From Corynebacterium glutamicum ATCC 13032 (lineage in GTDB: Bacteria; Actinomycetota; Actinomycetes; Mycobacteriales; Mycobacteriaceae), in the NCBI RefSeq assembly GCF_000011325.1, contig NC_003450.3, forward strand, positions 360,001 to 392,000: DNA of 32,000 nt, read 5' to 3'. The translations under genes were made by a program, and so were the position numbers. How positions within the stretch are numbered: the first letter of the stretch is position 1; each line of letters starts with the position of its first letter. Shown here piece by piece: positions 17,370-27,203 of this stretch. The notes beneath the pieces were generated by a model. That model ran no database searches. It was given only the letters and a program-made list of their open reading frames with translations, and was not told the DNA's origin.

Positions 17370-18529
17370 AACATGTAGGAGCTCAGTGTGAAGATGGAGG
17401 TTCCTACAGAACCATCTGAACACGCTGGGATCCACGTCTTGAAGCCTACTGGGAACCTAGTCGCGGACACTCCGATAAGGTGCGGGACCACATCCTCTGC
17501 TGGCTCGTTGATCTTCCGTCGTCGACTTCCGCATCCGCCTGGATGCCCGCGTACTCCGCTTCCTATGCACAGCTATGTCGTGTACGAGGAAGATCTTCCA
17601 CAAATCCTGTACTGCGCGGATGACTGATCCAAGTTCAACCACCGGGGCACTGCTAGATCTTGCAGCGCTTGGTGATTGACGGATGAGTGTGTCTGCCACG
17701 GCTAAAGCACTGAAGATCGGCTGGGAACTAGTCAACCAGGTTGCACTCGATGCTTGCCGACAGCTCATTTACAACGACCCGCGCCACCTTGAAGTCGATG
17801 AACATGTATGGAAGTATACTCGAAAGCCAGGTTAGCCGTCGAACCTGGTGACCATCTTCGTCGGCCTCACCTCGCTGGGGGATGGGGAGATGGCCTGCTT
17901 GACTGCTGGAGGACCGCCCAGGCCGTACTGCGTACCTGGCTGCCGGAACGCGACCAAAGAGTGATGGATCGCTTTCACGTAGAGCATCTGGCGACGGACA
18001 ATCTCACCGGGTGCCAGCAGTGACTTTAACGAGAGACCACCGGATCCCGCGGGCACAAAGATAACCCCCTGTACAAATACCGCCGTACGCTTTTGACCTG
18101 GAAGAATTATTTCACGCAGTGGCAGAAACGAGGACTCGTCATGTTGTGGGCCACCGATGATGACTACGTGGCTTTAGATCTGACGTGGTTGTTCTATCAA
18201 GACATGATTGCGGCGTATGGGAATCCGTAGAAATCAGAGGAAAAGAAGCTGATGAGAAGGGGATCAACAGCCTGCGCAAAGGCCTACCAGCGAGAATGGA
18301 CGAGCTTGCCCAACTGGGGCACACCTTGTGGCGTCGGCGTAAGAACGTGTTGGCGTCCTTCAATATCGGTGCATCCAACGGACCTGTCGAGGCCATCAAC
18401 GGCAGACTTGAGCACCTGCGCGGGATCACCTTGGGGTTCAGGAACCTCAACCACTACATCTTGCGGTGCTTGATCCAAGCCGGACAACTGCAGAGGAAGA
18501 TCAATGTACTCTAAATCCGAAGAGTTGGC
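17370..18529 (+). mobile_element. ISL3-family transposase remnant (multiple frameshifts, stops and internal deletions), right end retained
   Basis: Pieces in three frames match the ISL3 transposase order: ..VRDHILCWLVDLP / VLRFLCTAMSCTRKIFH..; SVSATAKALKIGWELVNQVALDACRQLIYNDPRHLEVDEHVWKYTRK; LLDCWRTAQAVLRTWLPERDQRVMDRFHVEHL; GHKDNPLYKYRRTLLTWKNYFTQWQKRGL..DLTWLFYQDMIAAYGNP; VLASFNIGASNGPVEAINGRLEHLRGITLGFRNLNHYILRCLIQAG. The 3' terminus CAATGTACTCTAAATCCGAAGAG (18502-18524) resembles my recollection of the corynebacterial IS31831-type IR. I found no left IR. Confidence 0.75.
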
Positions 18530-18664
18530 AAAGATCATCGTTGATGAAGTCGTCGAGGTCACCGCGGGCGCGAGAAACCTGTGAGGTGTTCATATCTCAA
18601 AAATTACGCGGGGAAGGAGACCCGCGGACGAGAGCTGACAAAGCGCTACTTGAACAACTACCTC

Positions 18665-20842
18665 TTACTTAAAAGGCTCACCATTTGAGGCAACCAACTC
18701 ATTCCATAATGCGCTAGAGAGACTACGAGCATACGTAGCGGTCAAATGATGTGAATCCCTGTATACCAAAACATTTCCGATAACAGCGGAGCAATATTCT
18801 TCCGGACAAATCCAATTACTCAAATCCAATACAGGCACGTCTATATTTTGAGCTGCAGTTTTTTGCTGAGGATGAGCTTCAGTCCCAAGCGCAACGCTCC
18901 GGTGAACTGAACATTCTGAGAGATTATCGCGGTTTGATGCTACACATTCTGGGATATCAATTTGCGGCCGAGGAGTATCAAGAAGTACAGAAATAGAAAC
19001 ACCTGCATCTTTTAATGAATTCCATGCCATTTCATATCCTTCGGAAACGGTTCCCGTCGCGACACTATCGATTAACGGATTTGCAGAAGCGTAACGTTGG
19101 CTACTTACAATCACATGATTTGGTGCAGAAGGTCCAGTTAGCTTAGCAAGTAATTTTTCATTCCACTCATAGCATTCTGCATAAAAAGTTTCACCAAGTT
19201 TGATCGCAGTGCTTATGAGTGGACACTGTGACTTTGTATAAACTTCCAATCTCCACCCCTGTGCTTCAGCAATTGGTTCCAAGGCAGGAAGCCAATGACC
19301 AGCGTGGGAGTCACCGACAAGTGCTACAGAAAAATCAGAATTTTTATCACCATAAACACATGACTCAGGACTAGTCTCATTGACTTCTTGGTGACAACCC
19401 GCTGCATAGTTACTTGGGTAATCTCGTTTTGCCTTAGCAGTCGTCGGATAAAAATTATCTACTCGATCAACAACCTCACCGGCATCCGGATCCACTGTCA
19501 ACGCCTCAGCGCCAAACAGATTCTTTGCTGCTTCTTTTTCCGACTCCTTATTTACAGCGGTTGGATCATACGGGGTCAAACTAAATTGGGGTGGCGCAGC
19601 TTGGCTTCTATTTGGAGATAAAAAGAGGAGGATCCCAGCAGTCGCCGATACCGTCATCAAAATAACTCCAAAGGCCACTGCTTTTCTTGCGTCAGCCTTG
19701 ATTGCTGACCAATTACGCATTGGATTCTCAATGAAATGATAACTTAGCCAAGCAGGGATGAAAGAGAACCCGATAATTAGGAGACCTTGCCAAAAGTGCA
19801 TTTCTCCATTGAAATAATAAATCCCTACAACGATCAATGGCCAATGCTATAGATAAAGCGAATAGGAAAGATCTCCGATCCAACGCATAGGTTTAACTTT
19901 TAGAAGTACACCTACACCTTTTTCCGCACGACCTCCCATGCCACCAATAATTACAGCTGCTGCACCTAATGTTGGCACCAGCGCGGCATAGCCGGGAAAA
20001 ACTGTCTGAGAATCAAAAGTCACTCCAGCTGCTACGATGCTTGCTAATCCCATTACACCAAGCGCATATCCTATCGGAGCTGAAATTCGTTCTAATTGGA
20101 ATGAAAAAGAGGCGAGAATCGCGCCTATTCCAAGCTCCCACAGGCGTGTCGAGGTAATGAAATATGCGGGTGCCGGATTGGTGTATGAAAAATAAATGGA
20201 AAAGCAAAGAGAAACTAACGTTATAAGTACAGCTGCTAAAGCGATATAACGCTGCAGCCAACGAACTTTGTTTAGTTTCGTGCCACTAGTTTCCTCTGAG
20301 TCCAGTGTAAAACGATGCCGACTGAAATACAACAACCCAATAAGTAGCGCTGGCCAGAGGATATAGAACTGCTCCTCCACAGATAAGGTCCAATAATGCT
20401 GAACTGGACTGGCAGCAGCTTCTGCATTCAAATAATTCGTATTTGAGGCAAAAAGCCAGTTTACCAAATACACTGAACTTGCAATGATCTCAGCACCGAT
20501 AAGCATCCACCGGGTATCAGGCAACACTAAAATCGTAATTAGGGCCGTGAATACCAAAACGGCTGTGGCTGCTGGCAGAATTCTCCTAATCCGGCCCGCA
20601 TAAAAGTTAATTAAACTAATTTTTCCCTTTTCTAGACAAGACCTGATCAAGTGTCCAGTAATCAAGTAGCCAGAAATTACAAAGAAAATATCAACACCCG
20701 TAAAACCTCCGGAAAGCACGGAGCCATCGCCAGCATGAAATATCAATACTAAAAGTACCGCGACGGCTCGCAGTCCTTGAATGTCGGGACGGAAATGACT
20801 TTTCGAAGCTTGTTGTTTAGCAGTTGCCGTCGATGTAGTCAT
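18665..20842 (-). pseudogene. AT3-SGNH O-acyltransferase (OafA/YrhL-like) interrupted by one in-frame amber codon
   Basis: Track ORFs 19847..20842 and 18665..19837 are in the same frame (2178 nt = 726 codons). They are separated only by TAG at 19847-19849. The junction reads ..GDLSYSLYL*HWPLIVVGIYY, and the stop sits where the AT3 family motif YSLYLWHWP has Trp. N-terminal AT3 motifs are RPDIQGLRAVAVLLVLIFH, GGFTGVDIFFVISGYLIT, FYAGRIRRILPA and HYWTLSVEEQFY. The C-terminal SGNH blocks are LVGDSHAGHW and YRDSHHLT. Confidence 0.85.
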
Positions 20843-21028
20843 AAAAACCTTCCGTATGATTCTTTAATTCTGAATTGCAATAATCTAATCAGTTGAATGT
20901 TGCTGGCAATTTTAGCGTAGACAAATTGATTTAAAACTTCGAAGATCATACGCTTATTGCACCTTCGTATATGCATTAAAGATCGTAAGCTATTGGCTGT
21001 AATTGTGCAGGAAGAATATACATGGATC

Positions 21029-21530
21029 TGGCTCCTGCTTGGTAGACACCTAATGTCCCAACAATTTGGGACAAAAAGGTAACCTACCGATCATGGCAAC
21101 TAAGACCTAATCCGACGTCGTTGGTTCAGGATGCGTTGATGATGGCTAAAGACCAACTAGACATCGTAAAGGATGCTGTGTTCCACTGAAGAACATGGCA
21201 GTGTGTACACCTCGCAAGTATTCCAGGACATCTGCACAAAGTCGGGTGGTTTGTCAGTTGATGGGTGCTGTGGGTATCGGTGCGGATAATTCGCTGGCTT
21301 CAGTCGTTTAATGCCGCATTCAAGCGGGAAGTTCCGCGCAGGATTCCAAGACGTTTGCGAACCAGTTGGTGTGCCGTCGGGAGGTATTTGAAGTGGTGTA
21401 CCAGGTACAACACGAGTCTTAGGCAATCCTGGTGTGGTCATCTCACACCTGCGATGTATGAGATTCGGGGTTCTGCTATCCTGAAATCTGCTTCTTGATT
21501 AAATTTCCTGTGTCTACTTTCCAGGGGTCA
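21029..21530 (+). mobile_element. Internally deleted IS3-family element (about 502 bp) retaining both ends
   Basis: The left end is TGGCTCCTGCTTGGTAGACACCTAATGTCCCAACAA (21029-21064). The reverse complement of the right end is TGACCCCTGGAAAGTAGACAC (21510-21530), sharing TG.C.CCTG....GTAGACAC. An orfA start (MATKT) is fused to OrfB C-terminal pieces with frameshifts: TSLVQDALMMAKDQ..DAVFH, HGSVYTSQVFQDICTKSG, LMGAVGIGADNSLA, SFNAAFKREV and RYLKWCTRYNTSLRQSWCGHLTPAMYE. I saw no matching target-site duplication. Confidence 0.75.
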
Positions 21531-21947
21531 GGCCCCATAATTAGCGTCTAAAGTTTTTGCCGTGGATTCTTCATGCCTCTTTAAGGAGAATATTGAAAGG
21601 TTCACCACAGTGTTCAAAAAGGCCACAATATTTTCAAATCGTCTCTCCTTTAACTTCTCTAGTTGCTGAGGGCGAAATATTAAGTGAAACTAGAACGAGG
21701 TCGGAGAGTGTAATTTAATTTAGTGGAGATTGCATACATTACGTTCCAGCCCGTTGAAATAAAGCCACAATAAAAGCTAGTAAGCTAATCGCAAATAATT
21801 GTATTGCGAATCACCTTTCTTTCCGGCCGGAATCAATCTCAGCGTTCTATACTCGTCAAGGGCCTTCGATAAAACAAAGACAATTTTCCCCCGACGGGAC
21901 AATCTGAAAACTTGCTGTATCAATAAAACACGAAAAGGAATACTTTT

Positions 21948-23111
21948 ATGAAAATTGCCGTCGCAGGGCTCGGATATGTTGGGCTTTCAAATGCAGCTCT
22001 CCTCTCTAAAAATCATAAAGTTGTTGCAGTTGACATTGATGAAGAACGAGTGAAACTAGTTCAAGAATTTCGTTCGCCAATTGTCGATAGCGATCTCGAA
22101 GAATATCTGTCCACTAAGCCTCAAAACTTAACTGCCACAACGGACGCCGAAGCCGCTTACAAAGGCGCAGATTTTATTGTTATTGCAACGCCAACTAATT
22201 ACGACCCAGAGTCAAACTTTTTTGATACTTCCAGCGTTGAGTCCGTAATTGAGATAGTCCTTAAGGTTTCTCCTGGATCCACAATCGTAATTAAATCGAC
22301 TATCCCTGTTGGTTTTACATCGGAACTACGCATTAAGCATCCAGAAGCTTCGATTATTTTTTCACCTGAGTTCCTGCGTGAAGGCCGAGCATTCTACGAC
22401 AATCTCTACCCATCCAGAGTTGTCGTTGGTGATCGCAGTCCTCTGGGGGAAGAATTTGCGACTCTGTTAGCTGAGGGGGCAAAAGAAAAGCCTCCGATTC
22501 TACTTACGGACTCAACTGAGGCAGAGGCGATTAAATTATTTTCTAATACATATCTTGCACTGCGAGTTGCTTTTTTCAACGAACTGGATACTTATGCGTC
22601 TGTTCGAAGCTTGGATACTAAGCAGATTATTGAAGGGGTAGGGCTCGATCCACGTATTGGATCTCATTACAATAATCCTTCATTTGGATATGGCGGATAT
22701 TGTCTTCCGAAAGATACGAAACAGCTTCTCGCCAACTATAAGGATGTCCCGCAGAATCTAATCTCTGCAGTAGTCCAAGCAAATAAGACTCGTAAGGACT
22801 TTATTGCAGAGGATATCCTCAGTAAATCACCTACTGTAGTTGGAATTTACCGCCTTGTAATGAAGTCTGGATCAGATAACTTTCGTTCTTCTTCTATTCA
22901 AGGAGTCATGAAACGAATTAAGGCCAAGGGAATCGAAATTGTAGTATTTGAACCGAATCTCGGAGAAGAAACTTTCTACAATTCGAAGATCCTTAATGAC
23001 ATCGAAGAGTTTAAGGATTACTGCGACATCATTATTGCAAATCGTCCAACCGATGAGCTTTCTGATGTACCAGAAAAAGTTTATACACGTGATATTTTCC
23101 AGCGTGACTAA
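21948..23111 (+). CDS. udgA1: UDP-glucose 6-dehydrogenase
   Basis: 387 aa with AAAGGAA upstream. NAD-binding N-terminus [16 protein letters not shown], then [12 protein letters not shown] and FSPEFLREG. The catalytic Cys context is [14 protein letters not shown]. The gene symbol is recalled from the C. glutamicum annotation. Confidence 0.92.
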   Translation: MKIAVAGLGYVGLSNAALLSKNHKVVAVDIDEERVKLVQEFRSPIVDSDLEEYLSTKPQNLTATTDAEAAYKGADFIVIATPTNYDPESNFFDTSSVESVIEIVLKVSPGSTIVIKSTIPVGFTSELRIKHPEASIIFSPEFLREGRAFYDNLYPSRVVVGDRSPLGEEFATLLAEGAKEKPPILLTDSTEAEAIKLFSNTYLALRVAFFNELDTYASVRSLDTKQIIEGVGLDPRIGSHYNNPSFGYGGYCLPKDTKQLLANYKDVPQNLISAVVQANKTRKDFIAEDILSKSPTVVGIYRLVMKSGSDNFRSSSIQGVMKRIKAKGIEIVVFEPNLGEETFYNSKILNDIEEFKDYCDIIIANRPTDELSDVPEKVYTRDIFQRD

Positions 23112-23172
23112 GTGGAAAGAATCTTTTGTTGATGACCCGCTACAAATCATGAGTCCCTAACAAATCTTCAAC

Positions 23173-23205
23173 TAGTGCCATACACGAGACTTGTGTAGGG
23201 CACTA
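23173..23205 (+). terminator. Candidate stem-loop terminator downstream of the UDP-glucose dehydrogenase gene
   Basis: TAGTGCCATACAC (23173-23185) pairs with GTGTAGGGCACTA (23193-23205): a 13-bp stem with one mismatch and a 7-nt loop, 62 nt after the stop. There is no clear T-tract, hence the modest confidence. Confidence 0.4.
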
Positions 23206-23492
23206 AGTCATTCCAGTTAAGTCTACAGCTACACAAAACTTGTTTTGGACGTGTATTTTGAAGCGGCGTGGGTAACGATCGTGAAGCAGCATGATGAGTG
23301 TCGTGAAGCACCAATAAACGCCAGAACCTACACTTTCTAATACCTACCCCCGACATCAAAGTCGAGGCGGAAAATTGAAAATATCGGCACGGTGATCAAT
23401 TCCCGGTCGATCACAGCCATGCACTAACAAGGTAATTCCTACAGAACCATTCAATCTCGATGCGGTGCTGCACACGTAACGATCTCTAAAGC

Positions 23493-23768
23493 TCAGAAAG
23501 CACTTGACCGAAATTGATCCGCGCTTTCTTTAAACCCCACAATTCTTAACAAGCGGTACTGCGATTCCGCGTATGTGGTGTGCTCTATCACGACCTTGTG
23601 CACAACGTCGCGATAGAGCACACCCGCTGCGCAGAAAACCGGTACGACATAGCCGAATACAGCGTATGCGGTTGAAAGCCACCTGGCGTTAAAGCGTTTC
23701 TTACTGATTGATGCTGGGGTGGGTACTGCTTCATGATGTCCACTCAAGTGCTTCACGATCGTTACCAC
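23493..23768 (-). CDS. Hypothetical 91-aa ORF inside the MITE-like insert (doubtful)
   Basis: A GTG start lies within the right inverted-repeat arm. One hydrophobic stretch is present (WLSTAYAVFGYVVPVFCAAGVLY). The ORF spans the 48-nt palindrome, and I recognised no family motif. The left arm carries a truncated paralogous start (..VTIVKQHDECREAP..stop). Confidence 0.25.
   Translation of the reverse strand: MVTIVKHLSGHHEAVPTPASISKKRFNARWLSTAYAVFGYVVPVFCAAGVLYRDVVHKVVIEHTTYAESQYRLLRIVGFKESADQFRSSAF
23577..23624. repeat. 48-nt near-perfect palindrome inside the MITE-like insert
   Basis: GGTGTGCTCTATCACGACCTTGTGCACAACGTCGCGATAGAGCACACC. 22 of 24 mirrored positions are complementary, and the centre TTGTGCACAA is a perfect palindrome. 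Confidence 0.8.
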
Positions 23769-23978
23769 GTCGCTTCAAAATGCACGTCCGGAACACAAAA
23801 CTGAATCAGCCTGAGTTTTTCGGCGGCAAAGGGTAGAAAATCCTTTTCGGGTGTGTTGCGCTTGTCAAGCACCCCAAAACTTGACGTGTGGATTCGTATT
23901 ATCAGTTTCATAGCGTGTTAAAATCACCTTAACGAAGCAATCGTTGTCAATGAGGAGTAATAGCAGACAAAGTTACCA

Positions 23979-25190
23979 CTACTTTGCTGGTTGTTTATTA
24001 ACTTTTCTTGATTTTGAAGAATGGGCATTTTGGTTAGTGGAAGCTAGTGAAGAGGATCCAATAATGACCACTAAGGTTAAACCTATCCAAAAGTTAAAAC
24101 TGACGGCCAGACTGCCTGATACCGAGGAACAAATCACTAAGAATATTAGACTGGCTCGTCCGAGATAATTGATTTTTCGAAAGAGATAAATCAAGGTTGC
24201 AAACAGGATGAATATAGGGAGAGCACCATATGCTACCCACATTTCAAGAAATAGATTATGTGGTGACAGGAATTTATCCGAGCTACTAATCGAATAAAAA
24301 CTATGCACTTTTTCCATTCCAACTCCGGTCAGCGGGCTGGTTAGAGCTAGGTCGATAAATTCTTGCCAAATATGGAGACGCGCTACAGAGTCTTCACTGT
24401 AATAAAATGATTTTATGGCGTCTCTGGAAAGTATAATTACGGGTCCTACTAGCAAGGGGCCCCAGACTATAATTCGATTTCGAACTCTATAATCTTGCAA
24501 GCGGTGTGTAGAAGATTTTGTAGTGTTTGCGTATAGGAAAGCAACTGCAAGAGCAATAATCGGCCCCCATGATAGTGCACTTAGTAAACAAACTAGAAGG
24601 ATGGAACTAACGAAAAGGGTAAATTTCGGAGTGCTTCGTTTGGTTATATGTAGAAGCCAAACCCCGAAAATTGCTAGGCCTAAGAACTGAGAAGCGAAAA
24701 TAGGATTGGCACCAAATGCTCCGGCTTTCAAATGCAAAGCTCCGCCACCAGCAATTCGTAATAATTCTCCTACTCCGTAGATTGATACTCCGGTTGAAAA
24801 ACCCCAAATAATATGCGGAATATTATCTCGGAAAGAACTGGTTACTAAGAAAAGGAAGCCAGTAACAATGGCGCCGAGTAATGTTCGAGTTTCTGATGCG
24901 CTTTCATTATTTATCCATTCGATGATGAAAATGGCAGGAATCAGTGAAAGAAAACCTGAGTACTTGGTAAAAATACTAGCATCAGGAAACTTCTTCTTTC
25001 GGAAAATTAATATAAGCAGGCATAGAACAAGGACACCGATAGTTAACGCAAAGCCTGCTAGAGATGGTGCAATTCCGGGGAGGGAATGCCATACGCCAAC
25101 TATGAGACCCGCTACAAAGCTTGGTAGCGAGAGTATGAGGATTGTCGCAAGGAAAATTAGACTTCCGACAGCTAAAGGCTCACGAAGCAC
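23979..25190 (-). CDS. wzy: Wzy-type O-antigen/repeat-unit polymerase (O-antigen ligase-like family)
   Basis: 403 aa. The GTG start at 25190 has AAGGA 7 nt upstream. About 10-12 hydrophobic helices surround a larger loop (SRDAIKSFYYSEDSVARLHIWQEFIDLALTSPLTGVGMEKVHSFY...SPHNLFLEMWVAYG). This loop is typical of the Wzy_C/O-antigen-ligase domain (H-N..LE). It is AT-rich. Confidence 0.8.
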   Translation of the reverse strand: MLREPLAVGSLIFLATILILSLPSFVAGLIVGVWHSLPGIAPSLAGFALTIGVLVLCLLILIFRKKKFPDASIFTKYSGFLSLIPAIFIIEWINNESASETRTLLGAIVTGFLFLVTSSFRDNIPHIIWGFSTGVSIYGVGELLRIAGGGALHLKAGAFGANPIFASQFLGLAIFGVWLLHITKRSTPKFTLFVSSILLVCLLSALSWGPIIALAVAFLYANTTKSSTHRLQDYRVRNRIIVWGPLLVGPVIILSRDAIKSFYYSEDSVARLHIWQEFIDLALTSPLTGVGMEKVHSFYSISSSDKFLSPHNLFLEMWVAYGALPIFILFATLIYLFRKINYLGRASLIFLVICSSVSGSLAVSFNFWIGLTLVVIIGSSSLASTNQNAHSSKSRKVNKQPAK

Positions 25191-25370
25191 GGAACATCCT
25201 TAAAGTATTTCTGGTTATTGACTTGTGTAATGTGAGTTTCTTCAAGACAGCCCCCTCATTTCTTTTACTAGGGGCAACATCATTGATGCACATACCACTT
25301 ATCGGCACTGGGCGGACTGTTGACTAGCAGGATGCTACGAAATCTTTGGAAAAGAATAGCTAGACCGATG

Positions 25371-26195
25371 TTAGATGCGGTCCGGGGTGTATCCCGTCAT
25401 GAATCCTGCTTTACGCAACCCCAAGTATCGAGTAACTTGAGCGCCATACCATATAAAATTTAAGAATATTTGTCGAACTGGTGACCGCTTTAAGAACGAA
25501 GCAAGTTCCATCCTTCGTTTTAGTATGATCCAGGTATATTTCTTAAATGGGGAGGTTTTCCTGCTGTGCTGGCCACCATGAATGCGGTATGAGCTAAGGC
25601 TTTCGTCAAGGTATCCGATTGCTCCAATTTTGGAGAGCCTAAGGAATAGCTCATAGTCCTGGGATCGAGTCATCTCCAGAGAGTATCCCCCGATCTGTTC
25701 AACAACTTGTTTGCGGTACATAACTGAGGAGTGAATGATTGGGTTCTTCACTAACAGGATTTGTCTGATGTCCTGGGAAGTTGGAAGGTCAGCTGATTGT
25801 CCAAAGATTTTCCCATGTTCATTAATGTGCTTTGTTTTTGTTGCAACGCAAATAATGTATGGATGGTTCCTGAGAAATTCCTCTTGCTTGGATAAGCGGC
25901 TGGGAGCAGCGAGATCGTCTGAATCTAGTCGTGCAATTAGCTGTCCATCAGACGCTTTGATTCCATTGTTTAAGCTCGTGGGGGTACCTTGTCTAATTTT
26001 TTGCTCGACAATTTTAATGCGTTCATGTTCTTTTACCCATTGGGGAACATCCTTAATGGGCGCCCCGTCCAGAACTAGGACTATTTGCCAGTTTTCATAG
26101 TTTTGTTCGCAAACCGATTTAATAGATTGACTGCAATATTCGTCATAAGCGATTGTTGGGATTACTACACTTATTAATGGAGCGGAACTAGTCAT
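25371..26195 (-). CDS. GT2-family (GT-A) glycosyltransferase
   Basis: 274 aa. The N-terminal part is ISVVIPTIAYDEYCSQSIKSVCEQNYENWQIVLVLDGA, with a DSDD (DxD) in ARLDSDDLAAPSRL and a later SQDYELFLRL block. Confidence 0.85.
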   Translation of the reverse strand: MTSSAPLISVVIPTIAYDEYCSQSIKSVCEQNYENWQIVLVLDGAPIKDVPQWVKEHERIKIVEQKIRQGTPTSLNNGIKASDGQLIARLDSDDLAAPSRLSKQEEFLRNHPYIICVATKTKHINEHGKIFGQSADLPTSQDIRQILLVKNPIIHSSVMYRKQVVEQIGGYSLEMTRSQDYELFLRLSKIGAIGYLDESLSSYRIHGGQHSRKTSPFKKYTWIILKRRMELASFLKRSPVRQIFLNFIWYGAQVTRYLGLRKAGFMTGYTPDRI

Positions 26196-26555
26196 GGTGG
26201 CTTTCTTTGAGAATATTTTTCGCTGACTGCTTTAATTTACTTGATGGGCAATAAGCTTACATCGAAATATTGAAGAATAGCTTCTCCTCTGGGGCATAAG
26301 AGAAAGAGGCAATTTGCTTCTAATTTTGTTTTTGCTCTATTGAACAGGGCTAGCTTGATATCTGGCTCTGAGCGGGATTTATAGACCCTTTCAGGATCTT
26401 TTTCAAAATGTAATTCATTTATGGTTGCGAATTATGATCGCTATATGCTTTTAGTAAAGAGAAGATGTGTTGAAGGAGAGGTTAGAGAGATAAGGCTCTA
26501 TTTGATCATCTGCAGATAGATACGTGTTTTCAAGAACTTGCAATTAAGAGGGAAG

Positions 26556-27203
26556 ATGGTTGCTCAAAACTCAGTCGTAGTGATAGGTGCATCTGGATTC
26601 GGTAGGGAGAGTCTAGACGTTCTCGAAGCAATGAAGGAAGCCGGACATTCGTTAGAGATAATTGGAGTAGTTGATGACAATCCTGCTGCAATCAATTTGC
26701 AGCGTCTTGCGGAGCGAAAAATCGAATATCTAGGAACTTTAAAAGAATGGATTGAGGGATCTCCCAAGTCGTGTAAGTATGTGCTTGCGATTGGAAACCC
26801 AACGATTCGCCATAAGCTTTCTGCTCTTTTAGACAAGTCTGGTTTCGATGCATTTACGGCGGTGCATCCCTCTGCAGTGATAGGAAGCCAAGTAGTGTTT
26901 GGGTCTGGGGCTGTTGTATGTTCTGGGGCCGTGATTTCGACCAATGTAAGGCTTGGTGTGCATGTGCATATCAACCCAAATGTGACAATCGGGCATGATT
27001 CAATTCTTGAAGACTATGTTTCGATAAATCCGGCTGCAACAATTTCGGGTGAAGTCCTGATCATGGAAGAAACTCTTATTGGAGCTGCGGCTACAGTATT
27101 GCAAGGACTGACTATCGGGAATAGGTCGTTAGTGGGTGCATCTTCGTGCGTCACTAAGGATATTTCTGCAGGGAAGGTAGTTAAGGGTATTCCTGCGCGC
27201 TAA
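26556..27203 (+). CDS. Hexapeptide-repeat sugar N-acetyltransferase of the NeuD/PglB(Neisseria)/PglD/VioB type
   Basis: The track ORF starts at TTG 26538. The ATG at 26556 is preceded by AAGAGGGAAG. The N-terminal Rossmann-like domain is VVVIGASGFGRESLDVLEAMKEAGHSLEIIGVVDDN..KYVLAIGNPTIRHKL. A left-handed beta-helix follows, with the His context VTIGHDSILEDYVSINPAATISG and C-terminal VVKGIPAR. Confidence 0.85.
   Translation: MVAQNSVVVIGASGFGRESLDVLEAMKEAGHSLEIIGVVDDNPAAINLQRLAERKIEYLGTLKEWIEGSPKSCKYVLAIGNPTIRHKLSALLDKSGFDAFTAVHPSAVIGSQVVFGSGAVVCSGAVISTNVRLGVHVHINPNVTIGHDSILEDYVSINPAATISGEVLIMEETLIGAAATVLQGLTIGNRSLVGASSCVTKDISAGKVVKGIPAR

Larger units (their letters stand above)
23241..23792. 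mobile_element. MITE-like insert: imperfect terminal inverted repeats (TIRs) flanked by a 10-bp direct repeat
   Basis: Left arm GGACGTGTATTTTGAAGCGGCGTGGGTAACGATCGTGAAGCA (23247-23288). The reverse complement of the right arm (23749-23789) is GGACGTGCATTTTGAAGCGACGTGGTAACGATCGTGAAGCA. The arms differ by 2 substitutions and 1 indel over about 42 nt. ACACAAAACT occurs in direct orientation just outside both arms (23231-23240 and 23793-23802). Confidence 0.55.

Noticed and set aside
21157-21441. 94-aa minus-strand ORF inside the deleted IS3 element
   Set aside because: The plus strand carries recognisable, frameshifted IS3 OrfB C-terminal motifs. The minus ORF is Pro/Thr-rich with no motifs.
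17142-21530. Interpretation as a composite transposon with two identical IS3 copies
   Set aside because: By eye, the two left-end regions (17142-17225 versus 21029-21110) are only about 70% identical. No matching target duplication flanks the outer ends. I therefore report only IS-bracketed cargo, not a bona fide composite transposon.
23247-23789. Invertible promoter (phase-variation 'inverton') hypothesis for the IR-flanked segment in the capsule locus
   Set aside because: Both neighbouring genes (udgA1 and wzy) point into the segment, so an invertible promoter there could not drive either. The IRs are imperfect, no recombinase gene is nearby, and the flanking 10-bp direct repeat fits an insertion better. 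The hypothesis remains testable with read data.
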